Assembly (NCBI GenBank): GCA_027315405.1
Contig: DAHUYB010000035.1
Coordinates: 2,710 to 66,709 of the forward strand
Direction of reading: 5' to 3'
Length of the DNA stretch: 64,000 nt
DNA from: Gammaproteobacteria bacterium
GTDB taxonomy: Bacteria > Pseudomonadota > Gammaproteobacteria > Natronospirales > REEB76
The position numbers were made by a program, and so were the translations under genes. Positions 10,094 to 20,594 of the stretch are shown here, piece after piece; the first letter of the stretch is position 1, and every line of letters begins with the position of its first letter. A model generated the notes under the pieces. It was not told the DNA's origin, made no database searches, and saw only the letters and a list, made by a program, of their open reading frames with translations.

Positions 10094-10849
10094 ATGACCG
10101 GCAACCGCGAACCAACTACCCACTTCGGCTTCCAGGAAATTCCCATCGCTGAGAAAGTGCGCCGGGTGGGCCAAGTATTCAGTTCGGTCGCGGATCGCTA
10201 TGATCTGATGAACGACCTGATGTCGTTCGGTATCCATCGTTTATGGAAGCGTTTCGCCCTGTCCCAGACCGGCTTGAAACCCGGCCAGTGGGCGCTGGAT
10301 GTAGCCGGCGGCACCGGTGACCTTACCCTCGGACTGGCGAAACAAGTGGGCGAAAATGGCCGCGTGCTGCTGGCGGATATCAATGCGGCGATGCTGGAGA
10401 ACGGCCGGCGCCGGCTGGTGGATGCCGGCATCGCCGGCAATGTGGGCTACGTGCAGGCCGATGCGGAAAATCTGCCGTTTCCCGATAGGTATTTCAATTG
10501 CATCACCATCGCCTTCGGATTGCGCAACGTGACCCGCAAGGAGGCCGCGCTTGCCAGCATGTACCGGGTGCTCAAGCCGGGCGGAAAATTGCTGATCCTG
10601 GAATTTTCCAAACCCACGCTACCCGGATTGAAACCGATTTACGATTTTTATTCCTTCAAGGTGCTGCCGCAGATCGGCAAACGGGTGGCCAGGGACGAAG
10701 CCAGTTACCGTTATCTGGCGGAATCCATCCGCGTGCATCCCGACCAGGAAACCCTCAAAACCATGATGGCGGCGGCGGGTTTCGAACGCTGCGGCTATTT
10801 CAATCTGAGCGGCGGCATCGTCGCGCTCCACCGGGGTTATCGGTTTTGA
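10094..10849 (+). CDS. ubiE: ubiquinone/menaquinone C-methyltransferase UbiE
   Basis: [27 protein letters not shown] and the SAM motif LDVAGGTGD. 251 aa, the same length as E. coli UbiE. Confidence 0.95.
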   Translation: MTGNREPTTHFGFQEIPIAEKVRRVGQVFSSVADRYDLMNDLMSFGIHRLWKRFALSQTGLKPGQWALDVAGGTGDLTLGLAKQVGENGRVLLADINAAMLENGRRRLVDAGIAGNVGYVQADAENLPFPDRYFNCITIAFGLRNVTRKEAALASMYRVLKPGGKLLILEFSKPTLPGLKPIYDFYSFKVLPQIGKRVARDEASYRYLAESIRVHPDQETLKTMMAAAGFERCGYFNLSGGIVALHRGYRF

Positions 10850-11463
10850 GATCTTCCTCCATCGGAACACTGTTTGCACCGGTAGTGGAACTGGCGCTCA
10901 ACAGTGCGCTTGCCGGTTCCAGCGCTGCACAACGCGATCTCAAACTGCTCGATGGCAAGGTCATTGCGCTGGAACTCAAGGAACTGCCCCTCAAGCTCTA
11001 TTTCCTGCCCCGGGACGGAAAGCTGAGGGTGCACGGCGAGCATCGCGGCAAGCCGGATATGAGCATGCGCGCCCCAAGTTTTGCGCTGCTGGAGGCGGCG
11101 CTGAAACCTGGTGAGGCGCCGCCGCGCGGCATTGAACTCAACGGTGATGCGGAAACCGCACAGGTTTTCTCGCGGCTGCTCAAACAGGCGGACCTGGATT
11201 GGGAAGAACTGCTGTCACATTACCTGGGTGACGTGGCCGCGCACCAGATCGGCCAGCTGGCGCGCGGCTTCATGCGCTGGGGCAGGGATACGGCCGGTCG
11301 GCTCGCTCAGGACCTGGTGGAATATCTGGTTTACGAAAGCGCCAGCTTGCCGCCACGCCATGAAGTCGAGGGCTTTCTGGACGATGTGGATCGCCTGAAG
11401 AGCGATGTGGATAGGTTGGCGACACGTTTGCAGCGTCTGGGCAAAAAACCGAAACACTCATGA
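10846..11463 (+). CDS. ubiJ: ubiquinone biosynthesis accessory factor UbiJ (SCP2 domain)
   Basis: TTG 10846 overlaps the ubiE stop (TTGA). About 205 aa between ubiE and ubiB. The upstream part of ORF 10498-11463 overlaps ubiE and was dropped. Confidence 0.7.
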   Translation: MRSSSIGTLFAPVVELALNSALAGSSAAQRDLKLLDGKVIALELKELPLKLYFLPRDGKLRVHGEHRGKPDMSMRAPSFALLEAALKPGEAPPRGIELNGDAETAQVFSRLLKQADLDWEELLSHYLGDVAAHQIGQLARGFMRWGRDTAGRLAQDLVEYLVYESASLPPRHEVEGFLDDVDRLKSDVDRLATRLQRLGKKPKHS

Positions 11464-13103
11464 TCACGCCGCGCCAGATACTGCGCCTCATGCGCATCAA
11501 CTTCGTGCTGGCACGCCACGGCCTGGACGAAATCATCCTGACGGCGCACATCTTCCGCCCCATCCGTTTTCTGATTTATGTCTCGCCGTTTTACTGGTTG
11601 CGCCGCCGCGACGCTCCCCGCGGCGAGCGCATCCGGCGCGCGCTACAAGACCTGGGTCCGATTTTCGTGAAATTCGGTCAGATGCTGTCCACGCGGCGCG
11701 ATTTGCTGCCCCACGATATCGCCGACGAACTGGCGAAGCTCCAGGATCAGGTGCCGCCGTTCCCGGGCCGCGTAGCCCGCGAGATTGTCGAAAAGACTCT
11801 CGGCAAGCCGGTGACGGAACTGTTCCGGGAATTCAGCGAAACACCGCTGGCCTCCGCCTCCATCGCCCAGGTGCATGCGGCGCATCTCAAGGACAGCCGC
11901 GAAGTGGTGGTCAAGGTGCTGCGTCCCGGCGTGGAGCGCATCATCCGCGGTGATTTGGATTTGCTGTATCTGATCGCGGGGCTGGCGGAACGTTACTGGC
12001 GCGATGCCCGCCGCCTGCGGCCGCGGGAAGTGGTGGCTGAATACGAGCATGTGATTCTCGACGAACTGGACCTGATGCGCGAGGCTGCCAACGCCGCGCA
12101 ACTGCGCCGCAATTTTGCGGATTCGCGTTTGCTGTACGTGCCGGAGATCCATTGGCCGCTTACCCGCCGCAACGTCATGGTGATGGAACGCATCCACGGA
12201 GTGCCCATCAGCGACATGGAAACTCTGAAGGCACGCGGCACGGACATGCAGAAACTCGCCGAGAACGGTGTGGAAATCTTCTTCACCCAGGTGTTCAAAC
12301 ACAACTTCTTCCACGCCGACATGCATCCGGGCAACATCTTTGTGAATGTGACCGACCCCGCAAGGCCGCGTTATGTGGCGGTGGATTTCGGCATCGTCGG
12401 CACCCTTAATCCGCGCGACCAGCAATATCTGGCGGAGAATTTCCTGGCGTTCTTCAACCGCGATTACCGGCGCGTGGCCGAGCTGCACGTGGAATCCGGC
12501 TGGGTGCCGGCGGGCACGCGCGTGAATGAATTCGAAAGCGCCATCCGCACGGTGTGCGAGCCGATTTTCAACCGCCCCCTCAAGGACATTTCCTTCGGCC
12601 AGCTGCTGGTGCGCCTGTTCCAGACCGCGCGGCGCTTCAACATGGAAGTGCAGCCGCAACTGGTGCTGCTGCAGAAAACCCTGCTCAACATCGAGGGTCT
12701 GGGGCGCGATCTGTATCCGGATCTGGATCTGTGGAAAACCGCCAAACCGTTCCTGGAAGACTGGGTGCGCGAGCAGATGAGTCTCAGGACTACCTTGAAA
12801 CGCTTGCGTGCCGGACTGCCGACACTGCGCGAGTTGCTGCTGGAAACGCCGGCGCGGCTGAATGCCATCCTGCAACAGCTGTCGGAGGGCAAACTGCAGG
12901 TAGGCTTGGAAAGCGAAGAACTGAAACACCTGCGTGAAGCGTTGCGTCAACGCGTGCGCCACATGTATCACGCAGTGGCGGGCGGCGCGCTCATCGTCAG
13001 CGGTGCATTGCTGCTGGGCCTGCATGGCGCGCCGGTGTGGGTGGCGCTAGCCGTGGCAGGGTTGGGTTTCGCTGCCATCATCTGGGGACACTGGCGCAGT
13101 TGA
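11460..13103 (+). CDS. ubiB: ubiquinone biosynthesis regulatory kinase-like protein UbiB (ABC1 family)
   Basis: ATGA overlap with ubi[28 protein letters not shown] and [12 protein letters not shown] motifs. C-terminal TM helices. 547 aa. Confidence 0.95.
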   Translation: MITPRQILRLMRINFVLARHGLDEIILTAHIFRPIRFLIYVSPFYWLRRRDAPRGERIRRALQDLGPIFVKFGQMLSTRRDLLPHDIADELAKLQDQVPPFPGRVAREIVEKTLGKPVTELFREFSETPLASASIAQVHAAHLKDSREVVVKVLRPGVERIIRGDLDLLYLIAGLAERYWRDARRLRPREVVAEYEHVILDELDLMREAANAAQLRRNFADSRLLYVPEIHWPLTRRNVMVMERIHGVPISDMETLKARGTDMQKLAENGVEIFFTQVFKHNFFHADMHPGNIFVNVTDPARPRYVAVDFGIVGTLNPRDQQYLAENFLAFFNRDYRRVAELHVESGWVPAGTRVNEFESAIRTVCEPIFNRPLKDISFGQLLVRLFQTARRFNMEVQPQLVLLQKTLLNIEGLGRDLYPDLDLWKTAKPFLEDWVREQMSLRTTLKRLRAGLPTLRELLLETPARLNAILQQLSEGKLQVGLESEELKHLREALRQRVRHMYHAVAGGALIVSGALLLGLHGAPVWVALAVAGLGFAAIIWGHWRS

Positions 13104-13188
13104 AACCGCCGGAAACCCGCGGCGCTCGATAATAACGGCGACTTCGATGTGTTTTATGTTTTCAATACTGGCTTGCCGATATCCCGCG

Positions 13189-13216
13189 AAAAAACAGGGC
13201 TCCGAAGAGCCCTGCT
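13189..13216 (-). terminator. intrinsic terminator for the S10 peptidase gene
   Basis: CAGGGCTC-CGAA-GAGCCCTG hairpin. On the minus strand it is followed by TTTTTT (the A-run at 13189-13195 on the plus strand). Confidence 0.7.
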
Positions 13217-13241
13217 GAATTCAATCCTCTGAATCCCGGTT

Positions 13242-14792
13242 TTACTGGTTGTCAGTGCTCTTGATGAACTTTGCGGCGTTGTCGTGCAATTGCTTGAGCG
13301 CCGGCACGTGCACATACACCATGTGGCCGGAATTGTAATACTTCATTTGCACATGGTCCTGCAGGTTCTTGGGAATCTGCAAGTGATCCATGGTGTACAC
13401 CGTGGCGTAGTACGGCGTGGCCAGATCGAAATAGCCGCTGTTCACCAGCACTTTCAGGTCCGGGTTGTATTTCATGGCTTCTGAAAGATCCACGGCCACG
13501 TTCAGAGTTCCCGGCCAGGTCTGCCCGGTGGTGGGGTTCTTATGTGTCCAGTCCCATTTGTGGTAGGTCTCCGGAATGTAATGCCGGTCACGGCCGAACT
13601 TGAGGGTACTGTGGGCGTACTCGTTGAACGCGGACACGTAGGCGGAACTGATGGCCGCCGCCTGCGGGTCGTAGTACGCCACCTCGCTCAGGGGATCCAT
13701 GCTGGGTCCGGTGAAGCGCGCATCCAGCCGTCCGGTAGTCAGATCCTGGCTGCCCAGAAGCTGATGCTCGAACTCGCTGGCCGTGACCCGCAGATTGGCC
13801 TTCTCGATGTAGGCGGTGCTCAGGCCAGTGTACGCATGCAGCGTGTCCGCCACTTTATCGAATTCGGTCTGGCTCAAAGCATTGCCCTGACTCAGGGCCT
13901 GGGCATACTCGTTCATGGCGAACCGCTGCACTTGCTGCAGGAACGGCTGCAATTGGGCGGGTGGATTCGGCAACACATGGTGATACCAGGCCACCGCCGC
14001 ATAGGACGGCAGGAACAGCTCGAAAGGCAGGTCATTGCCGGCATTGAAGCTTGCGGTCCTGAAATCCAGGATGGATGACAGCAGGATGACGCCGTTCAAA
14101 TCCATGTCGTCATGCCGTTGCAGGTAATTCACCAGCGCCGCGGAGCGCGGTGTGCCGTAACTCTCGCCGAACAGGTATTTGGGCGAATTCCAGCGGCCGT
14201 TCTCGCTCAGATAACTGCTGATGAACCGGGCAAAGGACTTGACGTCGGCATCCACGCCGTAAAAATCCTTGGGGTCACCGGCGCCGCCCTGATCCTTGCC
14301 GATGATGCGACTATAGCCGGTGCCCATGGCATCAATGAAAACTTCATCGGTGACATCCAGCAGGCTGTAATCATTGTTTACCAGTTGATAGGGCGCAGCC
14401 GGCGTGTGGGTGTGGTCGGCGGTTACCACCCGGTGGGGACCGAAGGCACCCATGTGTAGCCACACCGAGGAAGAACCCGGCCCGCCGTTATAAAAGAAGG
14501 TGACCGGCCGCCGGCTCTCGTGCTTCACGCCGCGCCGGGTGTAGGCGACATAGAACATGCTGCCGGTAGGTTTGCCATCCTTGTTCTTCAAAATGATGGT
14601 GCCGGCCGTGGCGTCGTAGTCAATGCGCTGGCCTTCCACCGTGACGCTGCCTTGGGTCAAGGATTTCTGTTCCTTGGGCGCGGCGGACGCGCTTGGGGTC
14701 TGGCCTTTGGCCGCGGGTTTGTCAGCCGCCAGTGTCGATGACCCATAAACTGCCAGCAAAAGAATCAACATGGGAACGAGATATTTTTTCAC
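13242..14792 (-). CDS. secreted serine carboxypeptidase, peptidase S10 family
   Basis: FFYNGGPGSSSVW and GESYG motifs. GTG 14792 is preceded by GGAGGTG. Signal peptide KKYLVPMLILLLAVYGSSTLA. Confidence 0.8.
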   Translation of the reverse strand: MKKYLVPMLILLLAVYGSSTLAADKPAAKGQTPSASAAPKEQKSLTQGSVTVEGQRIDYDATAGTIILKNKDGKPTGSMFYVAYTRRGVKHESRRPVTFFYNGGPGSSSVWLHMGAFGPHRVVTADHTHTPAAPYQLVNNDYSLLDVTDEVFIDAMGTGYSRIIGKDQGGAGDPKDFYGVDADVKSFARFISSYLSENGRWNSPKYLFGESYGTPRSAALVNYLQRHDDMDLNGVILLSSILDFRTASFNAGNDLPFELFLPSYAAVAWYHHVLPNPPAQLQPFLQQVQRFAMNEYAQALSQGNALSQTEFDKVADTLHAYTGLSTAYIEKANLRVTASEFEHQLLGSQDLTTGRLDARFTGPSMDPLSEVAYYDPQAAAISSAYVSAFNEYAHSTLKFGRDRHYIPETYHKWDWTHKNPTTGQTWPGTLNVAVDLSEAMKYNPDLKVLVNSGYFDLATPYYATVYTMDHLQIPKNLQDHVQMKYYNSGHMVYVHVPALKQLHDNAAKFIKSTDNQ

Positions 14793-14934
14793 GCTATCAC
14801 CTCCGTCTGGATAAACCTGACACCTCAACGCTGCATGGCGTCGGACAAAAATCCGGGATGGCTGCATTGCCGTTAAATAAAGAGACAACCGGTGGACAAC
14901 CGCGAGCCAAGTAGGTTCAACACCGGGATTGGGC

Positions 14935-16098
14935 TTAATTCCGTGCCAGCAGCCGAGTACTCAAGGTCTTGTCGGCCGCCATGTCGATAGCCGTCCAAGC
15001 CATACCCAGAGCACCGTCCCAAACAGCCTGATCCGCCGCCGCGCTGACACAATGCACGGTGAACTCGGGCTGATGATTCACCGCCGGCAGGCAGTCAATA
15101 CCGATCATGGGGTGGATGGACGGTATGGCCTTGGAGACATTGCCCATGTCGGTGGAAGCACTGAAACGTCCTACCGCGGAATTCGCATCCGGGAATTTGC
15201 GCCCTAGGGCGTCGGCATTGCGGCGGTACAACGCCGCTATGTCCGCGTCGTGCAGCATTTCGGTGTACGGCTTGTCGCCGCCGCGGATTTCCAGTTTCGA
15301 ACCGGTGGCCAGGGCGCCGGCTTCAAAGCAGCGGCGCACCTTGACCCGCAATTCTTCCAGCTCATCCAGCGTATCACTGCGAACCATGTAGCGTGCCGAA
15401 GTATGCGCGGGAACGATATTGGCGGCATCGCCGCCGTGGGTGCAGATGCCGTGAACGCGGTCGCCTGAGCGGATATGCTGGCGCAGCAGACCGATGGCGG
15501 TCTGCGCGACGGTGATCGCATCCGCGGCATTGATGCCGAGTTCCGGAAACGCCGAGGCATGGGCCTCCTTGCCGGTGTAGTGCACGTCGAACATCGAGGC
15601 TGCAATGATCCTGGGCTGCACGAAATCCATGGGGGCGGGATGCACCATCATGGCCGCGTGGATACCCGCATAGGCGCCGCGTTCCAGCAACAGGATCTTG
15701 CCGGAAGCGTTGCCCACTTCCTCGGCGGGGGTGCCGATGACGGTGACGGTGAGCCCCACGTCGTCCGCCACTTTGGCGAGCGCTAGGGCCGCGCCGGCCG
15801 CCATGGCTGCGATCAGATTGTGACCGCAGGCATGACCGACGCCCGGCAGGCTGTCGTATTCGGCCATGATGCCGATATTGAGGGGACCGCCGCCGGCGCG
15901 GGCAATGAAGGCGGTGGGCAGTTCGCAAATGCCGGTCTGCACCGCAAACCCGGCCTCGTCCAGCATCGTGGCCAGCCAGCCGCAGGCCTGCTCTTCCTCG
16001 AAGCCCAGTTCCGGATGGGCGTGGATGCGATGGCTCAGGGCCAGCAACGGCGCGCGCGCCTGGCTGAGCCGTTCACGGGCCGCCTGCTTGCTGTTCAA
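14935..16098 (-). CDS. M20-family amidohydrolase (M20D, AbgB/hippurate-hydrolase-like)
   Basis: HAHPELGFEE, GHACGHN and GTPAEE metal-binding motifs. 387 aa. Confidence 0.85.
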   Translation of the reverse strand: MNSKQAARERLSQARAPLLALSHRIHAHPELGFEEEQACGWLATMLDEAGFAVQTGICELPTAFIARAGGGPLNIGIMAEYDSLPGVGHACGHNLIAAMAAGAALALAKVADDVGLTVTVIGTPAEEVGNASGKILLLERGAYAGIHAAMMVHPAPMDFVQPRIIAASMFDVHYTGKEAHASAFPELGINAADAITVAQTAIGLLRQHIRSGDRVHGICTHGGDAANIVPAHTSARYMVRSDTLDELEELRVKVRRCFEAGALATGSKLEIRGGDKPYTEMLHDADIAALYRRNADALGRKFPDANSAVGRFSASTDMGNVSKAIPSIHPMIGIDCLPAVNHQPEFTVHCVSAAADQAVWDGALGMAWTAIDMAADKTLSTRLLARN

Positions 16099-16257
16099 GC
16101 TTCACCTCCCACTTCGAACTGTGCGGATAATAAACCGGTTAGTGCCGAATACAAAGGCGGAGGCATAAAGGCTCCCAAGATTCCGATGTCACCCGACACG
16201 CTACTCCGGGCATGGATAGTGATAGTCTTCTGCGAGGCTCCCACGCAGGCAACCAAC

Positions 16258-16467
16258 ATGCGCATATTCCCCGGCTTTATCCTGTGGCTGATTCTGCTGA
16301 TTCTGTGCTGGCCGCTGGCGTTGCTCGCATTGATTCTCTATCCGTTTGTGTGGCTGGTGCTGCTGCCGTTTCGCCTGCTGGGGATCACCGTGGATGCCGT
16401 GTTTGCCTTGTTGAAGGCCATCCTGTTTCTGCCGGCGCGCCTGCTGCGCGGCCCGCGGACGGTCTGA
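16258..16467 (+). CDS. small membrane protein (69 aa), unknown function
   Basis: MRIFPGFILWLILLILCWPLALLALILYPFVWLVLLPFRLLG gives two hydrophobic helices. This is the inner part of ORF 15820-16467. Confidence 0.4.
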   Translation: MRIFPGFILWLILLILCWPLALLALILYPFVWLVLLPFRLLGITVDAVFALLKAILFLPARLLRGPRTV

Positions 16468-16550
16468 AGCGATGTTCTCATAAATTCTTCCTTTATACTT
16501 ATAAAGGTAACTATCAGGCATTCTGCCGAATGATATTAAGGAGGCGAATC

Positions 16551-17117
16551 ATGCGCTCGCTGGCAAGCACTCTGTCATTGATGGTTCTTCTCGCTGTCCC
16601 GGCGATCGCCACCGCTGGCGGTCATTTCAAGGTGAGCAGCGCGGATTTTGCGAACGGCCGCACCATCCCCATGGCGCAGGTGTTCAACAGTTTCGGCTGC
16701 AAGGGCGGCGACGTTTCCCCCGCGCTGCACTGGTCGGGCGCACCTGCGGGCACCAAGAGTTTTGCGATCACCATTTTCGATCCGAACGCGCCCACCGGCA
16801 GCGGCTGGTGGCACTGGGTGGTGTTCAACATTCCCGCAGACGTCAGCAGTCTACCGGCCGGTGCGGGTGCTGCGGATTCACACATGCTGCCTGCGGGCGC
16901 GATCCAGGCACGCACGGATTTCGGCTTTTCCAACTACGGCGGTCCCTGTCCGCCCGCCGGTGACAAGCCGCACCACTATCACGTGACGGTATACGCGCTC
17001 AAAATCGCCAAGTTGCCGCTGGATGCCAGCGCCTCCGGCGCCATGGTGGGTTACTACCTGCACTTCAATACGCTCGCCGAAGCGCATTTGGTCGGTTTGT
17101 ACGGCCGCAAAAAGTGA
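16551..17117 (+). CDS. YbhB/YbcL-family PEBP (Raf-kinase-inhibitor-like) protein, secreted
   Basis: AAGGAGG precedes ATG 16551. Signal peptide ends ...AIATAGG. DPNAPTGSGWWHWVVFNIP and GGPCPPAGDKPHHYH motifs. Confidence 0.85.
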   Translation: MRSLASTLSLMVLLAVPAIATAGGHFKVSSADFANGRTIPMAQVFNSFGCKGGDVSPALHWSGAPAGTKSFAITIFDPNAPTGSGWWHWVVFNIPADVSSLPAGAGAADSHMLPAGAIQARTDFGFSNYGGPCPPAGDKPHHYHVTVYALKIAKLPLDASASGAMVGYYLHFNTLAEAHLVGLYGRKK

Positions 17118-17147
17118 GTACGAGGGCCGCGGGTTTATATTGTCGGC

Positions 17148-17366
17148 ATGCGCAGTTTCAGTGACAGCCACGGCCAGGAATGGCAGGCGGATGTGATGCA
17201 TGCTTCCTACGGCAGCATGCTGGTACTGTTCTGGCGGCTCGGCAGTTTCGAGGTATTCAAGAGCCCGTTGCGTGCCGGCAATCATCTCGCGGCCGAACAT
17301 GAAGTCGCGGCTCTGAGTGACGACGAGCTGCGCACGCGGCTCGCGAGCGCCGAGCCGTGGTCCTGA
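17148..17366 (+). CDS. hypothetical 72-aa protein
   Basis: ORF between the two PEBP genes. Its stop overlaps the GTG start region of the next gene by 10 nt. No motif recognised. Confidence 0.35.
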   Translation: MRSFSDSHGQEWQADVMHASYGSMLVLFWRLGSFEVFKSPLRAGNHLAAEHEVAALSDDELRTRLASAEPWS

Positions 17367-17923
17367 ATCGCGTTGGCTGGCGGATGCTTGTCGGCGGTCT
17401 ACTGCTAAGCGTCGCTTTGCCCCTGGTATCGGAGGGTGCTCCCATGGCACAGAATTTCCAGATCAGTTCATCGGTTTACGCAAATAAAGGCGAGATACCG
17501 GCGCGCTTCACCTGCGACGGCGCCGATGTCTCACCGCCGCTCGAATGGTCAGGCGCACCCGCCGGCACCAAAAGTTTCGCGTTCATCATGGATGATCCCG
17601 ATGCACCGGATCCGGCGGCGCCCAAAATGACTTGGGTGCATTGGGTGCTGTATGACATTCCCGTGGATATCCACGGCTTGCCGGAAAGCGGTTCCAAACA
17701 CCTGCCGGCGGGCACACGCGAGGGCGTGAACGACTGGAAGCGCACCGGCTATGGCGGTCCTTGCCCGCCCATCGGCCGGCACCATTATTTCCAGAAGCTC
17801 TACGCCCTGGACACGGTGCTGCCGGACTTGCACCGCCCCACCAAGGATGCGCTGCTGGCAGCGATGCGCGGCCACGTGCTGGCGCAGGCCCAGCTCATTG
17901 GCACCTATCAGCATCCACGCTGA
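17357..17923 (+). CDS. YbhB/YbcL-family PEBP protein, secreted (second paralogue)
   Basis: DDPDAPDP...WVHWVLYDIP and GYGGPCPPIGRHHYF motifs. GTG 17357 gives a signal peptide (RMLVGGLLLSVALPLVSEGA). Confidence 0.85.
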   Translation: MVLNRVGWRMLVGGLLLSVALPLVSEGAPMAQNFQISSSVYANKGEIPARFTCDGADVSPPLEWSGAPAGTKSFAFIMDDPDAPDPAAPKMTWVHWVLYDIPVDIHGLPESGSKHLPAGTREGVNDWKRTGYGGPCPPIGRHHYFQKLYALDTVLPDLHRPTKDALLAAMRGHVLAQAQLIGTYQHPR

Positions 17924-17935
17924 CGGCCCGGTTCA

Positions 17936-18487
17936 TTGAGTACGCAGGTCGAAACCCCGCCGGCGGATTACGGCGCGCGTGTGGCCGCGATTCACCGCGA
18001 ACTCGGGATTCCGCAGGATTACGCCGCGCGTCATCGCCTGCGTTTGCAGCCGGAAGCCGCGCATCTGGAGTCCATTGGCGCAGATATCTTCGGCCGGCCG
18101 CAGCAGATGGCCGCCCACGCGGTGGAGCATTGGCGGGCGATGCAGGCGCGGGCGCAACAGGACAAGGTGCTGCTGCTGGTGGTGTCCGCTTTCCGCAGCT
18201 TGGATTATCAGCGCGAACTCATGGCGCGTAAATTGGCAGCCGGTCAGCGCATTGAGGACATCCTGAAAGTGAACGCGGCGCCGGGTTACAGCGAACACCA
18301 TAGCGGTTGCGCGCTGGATCTCACCACCGCCGATCATAACTCGCTGGAAACCAGTTTTGAAACCACTCAGGCCTTTACCTGGCTGAGCCAGCAGGCCGTG
18401 GGTTTCGGCTTCCGTTTGTCCTACCCGCGCGACAATTGCCATGGCATCGCTTACGAACCCTGGCACTGGGCCTGCATGCAGGAGTAA
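17936..18487 (+). CDS. D-alanyl-D-alanine carboxypeptidase family protein (peptidase M15B, VanY-like)
   Basis: SAFRSLDYQ, GYSEHHSGCALDL and EPWHW are the M15 zinc/catalytic motifs. TTG start. Confidence 0.8.
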   Translation: MSTQVETPPADYGARVAAIHRELGIPQDYAARHRLRLQPEAAHLESIGADIFGRPQQMAAHAVEHWRAMQARAQQDKVLLLVVSAFRSLDYQRELMARKLAAGQRIEDILKVNAAPGYSEHHSGCALDLTTADHNSLETSFETTQAFTWLSQQAVGFGFRLSYPRDNCHGIAYEPWHWACMQE

Positions 18488-18657
18488 CTCCGGATGGATG
18501 ACCGGGATTTTGCCTGTAGGTCTCTGTTGATGGCAACGCCCGCGCTATTACTATCCCCCGCCTCGGAAGGCGGATTACACTGGGTGCGGTTGGCGCACTG
18601 CTGCTATTGGATTAAGCTGCCGATCATGAACCAAATATCTGCAAGCACGGTGCCCAT

Positions 18658-18819
18658 ATGAAAAAAATCATTATCCTGCTTGCGGTCACTATTCTGGGCG
18701 GTGTCGGCTGGGCCTTGGGAGCGCATATCGGCGTCGGCACGGCCTGGTTTTTTTCCAGCGTCGGCTCACTCATCGGGGTCTACATAGGCTGGCGCATCGG
18801 CCAGGCTTACCTCGGCTGA
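18658..18819 (+). CDS. small Gly-rich membrane protein (53 aa)
   Basis: Not in the ORF track (under 60 aa). MKKIIILLAVTILGGVGWALGAHIGVGTAWFFSSVGSLIGVYIGWRIGQAYLG gives two glycine-zipper-like helices. Confidence 0.45.
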   Translation: MKKIIILLAVTILGGVGWALGAHIGVGTAWFFSSVGSLIGVYIGWRIGQAYLG

Positions 18820-18841
18820 AGTCTCGGGCGCAATCGTCCCC

Positions 18842-19960
18842 ATGGCACTGTCCACATTCAGGCACCGGGTTGTTCGCCTGCTGGAAGGCAGCGGCGTTGA
18901 GATTAATGGCTCTCATCCCTGGGATCTCCAGGTACACAACGAACATTTTTACCGCCGCGTCATCGCCCACGGCTCCCTGGGACTGGGGGAGGCTTACATG
19001 CACGGCTGGTGGGACGCGCAGGATCTGGACGGCTCAATCTATCGCCTGCTCATGGCGAACCTGGAAGAACGGGTTCTGACCCTGGACACGCTGCTGGCAT
19101 TTTTGCATGCGCGTTTCTTCAACCTGCAAAAACCCGCACGTGCCTTCGATGTCGGCCGCCGTCATTACGATATGGGTAATGATTTGTACAAACACATGCT
19201 GGGCAAGCGCCTGGTGTACAGCTGCGGCTATTGGGGAAACGCCGACAATCTCGATGCCGCCCAGGAAGCCAAGCTCGAGTTGGTGTTCCGCAAGCTCGGG
19301 CTCAAAGCCGGCATGCGCGTCCTGGATATCGGCTGCGGCTGGGGCGAGGCCCTGAAACTCGCCGTGGAGCGCTACGGTATCAGCGGCGTGGGCATCACCG
19401 TGTCCGAGCAGCAGGCGGCCTACGCGCGCGACATCAGTCGAGGCCTACCCATCGAAGTGCGGCTCCAGGATTACCGTCTGCTGGATGAAAAATTCGACCG
19501 TATCTTCTCCATCGGCATGTTCGAACACGTGGGCGTGAAGAATTATCCGGCCTACATGCAAACCGCGCGCCGCTGTCTCAAGGATGACGGTCTGTTCCTG
19601 CTGCACTGCATCGGCGGCAACCAGTCGGTGCGTGACACCGACCCCTGGATCGCCAAGTACATCTTCCCCAACGGCATGTTGCCGTCCATCAAACAAATCG
19701 CCGCTGCCACTGAGGATTTCTTCGTCATGGAAGATTGGCACAATTTCAGTGCCTATTACGACAAGACCCTGCAAGCCTGGCGGCGCAACTTCGAGAGCAG
19801 TTGGAACGAATTGAAAAACCAATACAACGAAACCTTCCACCGCATGTGGCGCTACTACCTCAGCATCAGCATGGCATCATTCCGCGCCCGCAAGAATCAA
19901 TTGTGGCAGATCGTGTTTTCGCCGGGCGGCGTAACCGGGGGATATGTAGCGCCTCGATAA
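18842..19960 (+). CDS. cfa: cyclopropane-fatty-acyl-phospholipid synthase
   Basis: GSLGLGEAYMHGWWD, the SAM motif VLDIGCGWG and FEHVG. 372 aa. Collinear with E. coli Cfa. Confidence 0.9.
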   Translation: MALSTFRHRVVRLLEGSGVEINGSHPWDLQVHNEHFYRRVIAHGSLGLGEAYMHGWWDAQDLDGSIYRLLMANLEERVLTLDTLLAFLHARFFNLQKPARAFDVGRRHYDMGNDLYKHMLGKRLVYSCGYWGNADNLDAAQEAKLELVFRKLGLKAGMRVLDIGCGWGEALKLAVERYGISGVGITVSEQQAAYARDISRGLPIEVRLQDYRLLDEKFDRIFSIGMFEHVGVKNYPAYMQTARRCLKDDGLFLLHCIGGNQSVRDTDPWIAKYIFPNGMLPSIKQIAAATEDFFVMEDWHNFSAYYDKTLQAWRRNFESSWNELKNQYNETFHRMWRYYLSISMASFRARKNQLWQIVFSPGGVTGGYVAPR

Positions 19961-19998
19961 ACAGTTTTGATTGCCACAGTCACGTGAAGAAGAAACAT

Positions 19999-20493
19999 AT
20001 GAACGCTAGCACCAAACGCCTTCGCGATCTATTACTAACTGCTACTTGCGTGTTGACCATCCTTGCGCCTGGCCATGCATCCGCTGCCAATGCGCCAAAT
20101 GTGAGGGCCACTATCGAAAACATCATCGAGAAGTTGGTTACCGACATGAACAAGGGCGACTTGAAGGCAGTGGTTGCCGCTTGTGTACCTCGCGCGTCTA
20201 TCGTTGATGGTTTCCCGCCCTATGCCTGGCAAACGTGCGCCGGCTGGATGCATGACTATGAAGCGAACAATAAGGCCATTCAGGGTACCCTCGGCACGCT
20301 TTCGACTGGCAAACCCATGTACACGGAAGCAATGGGACAGCATGCGTATATCATCTATCCCGTGACGTTCACCGACAAGCAGAAAGGCAAATCGGTCATC
20401 TACAAAGGTAGCTGGACAATTACGTTGTGGAAAACGCAAGGCCGCTGGCTTATCACCGGCGCGGCAGGGGCGTGGAGTTGGAACAACTTGTAG
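19999..20493 (+). CDS. secreted NTF2-fold (SnoaL/DUF4440-like) protein
   Basis: Signal peptide ...LAPGHASA. The C-terminal GSWTITLWKTQGRWLITG pattern is typical of the NTF2-like fold. Start at ATG 19999 inside ORF 19735-20493. Confidence 0.5.
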   Translation: MNASTKRLRDLLLTATCVLTILAPGHASAANAPNVRATIENIIEKLVTDMNKGDLKAVVAACVPRASIVDGFPPYAWQTCAGWMHDYEANNKAIQGTLGTLSTGKPMYTEAMGQHAYIIYPVTFTDKQKGKSVIYKGSWTITLWKTQGRWLITGAAGAWSWNNL

Positions 20494-20594
20494 CACTGAC
20501 TAAAATGCTATGGATACACTCAGCCCCGCTGGGTTAGTTCAGATTGTTTCCTATTATTCGGCTTTCACGGGAATAATGATCGCCAGCGGATTCT

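Noticed and set aside
10498-10845. N-terminal extension of the ubiJ ORF (and similarly 5788-5931 for DUF484 and 19735-19998 for the NTF2-like gene)
   Set aside because: The extensions overlap the upstream gene in another frame and translate to Arg/Gly-rich sequence. Shorter starts with overlap or SD signals fit known protein lengths.
11643-13025. 460-aa ORF on the minus strand, antisense to ubiB
   Set aside because: It lies entirely within the well-supported ubiB gene. Its translation is Arg/His/Gln/Ala-rich with no motif, which is the typical shadow ORF of a high-GC gene.
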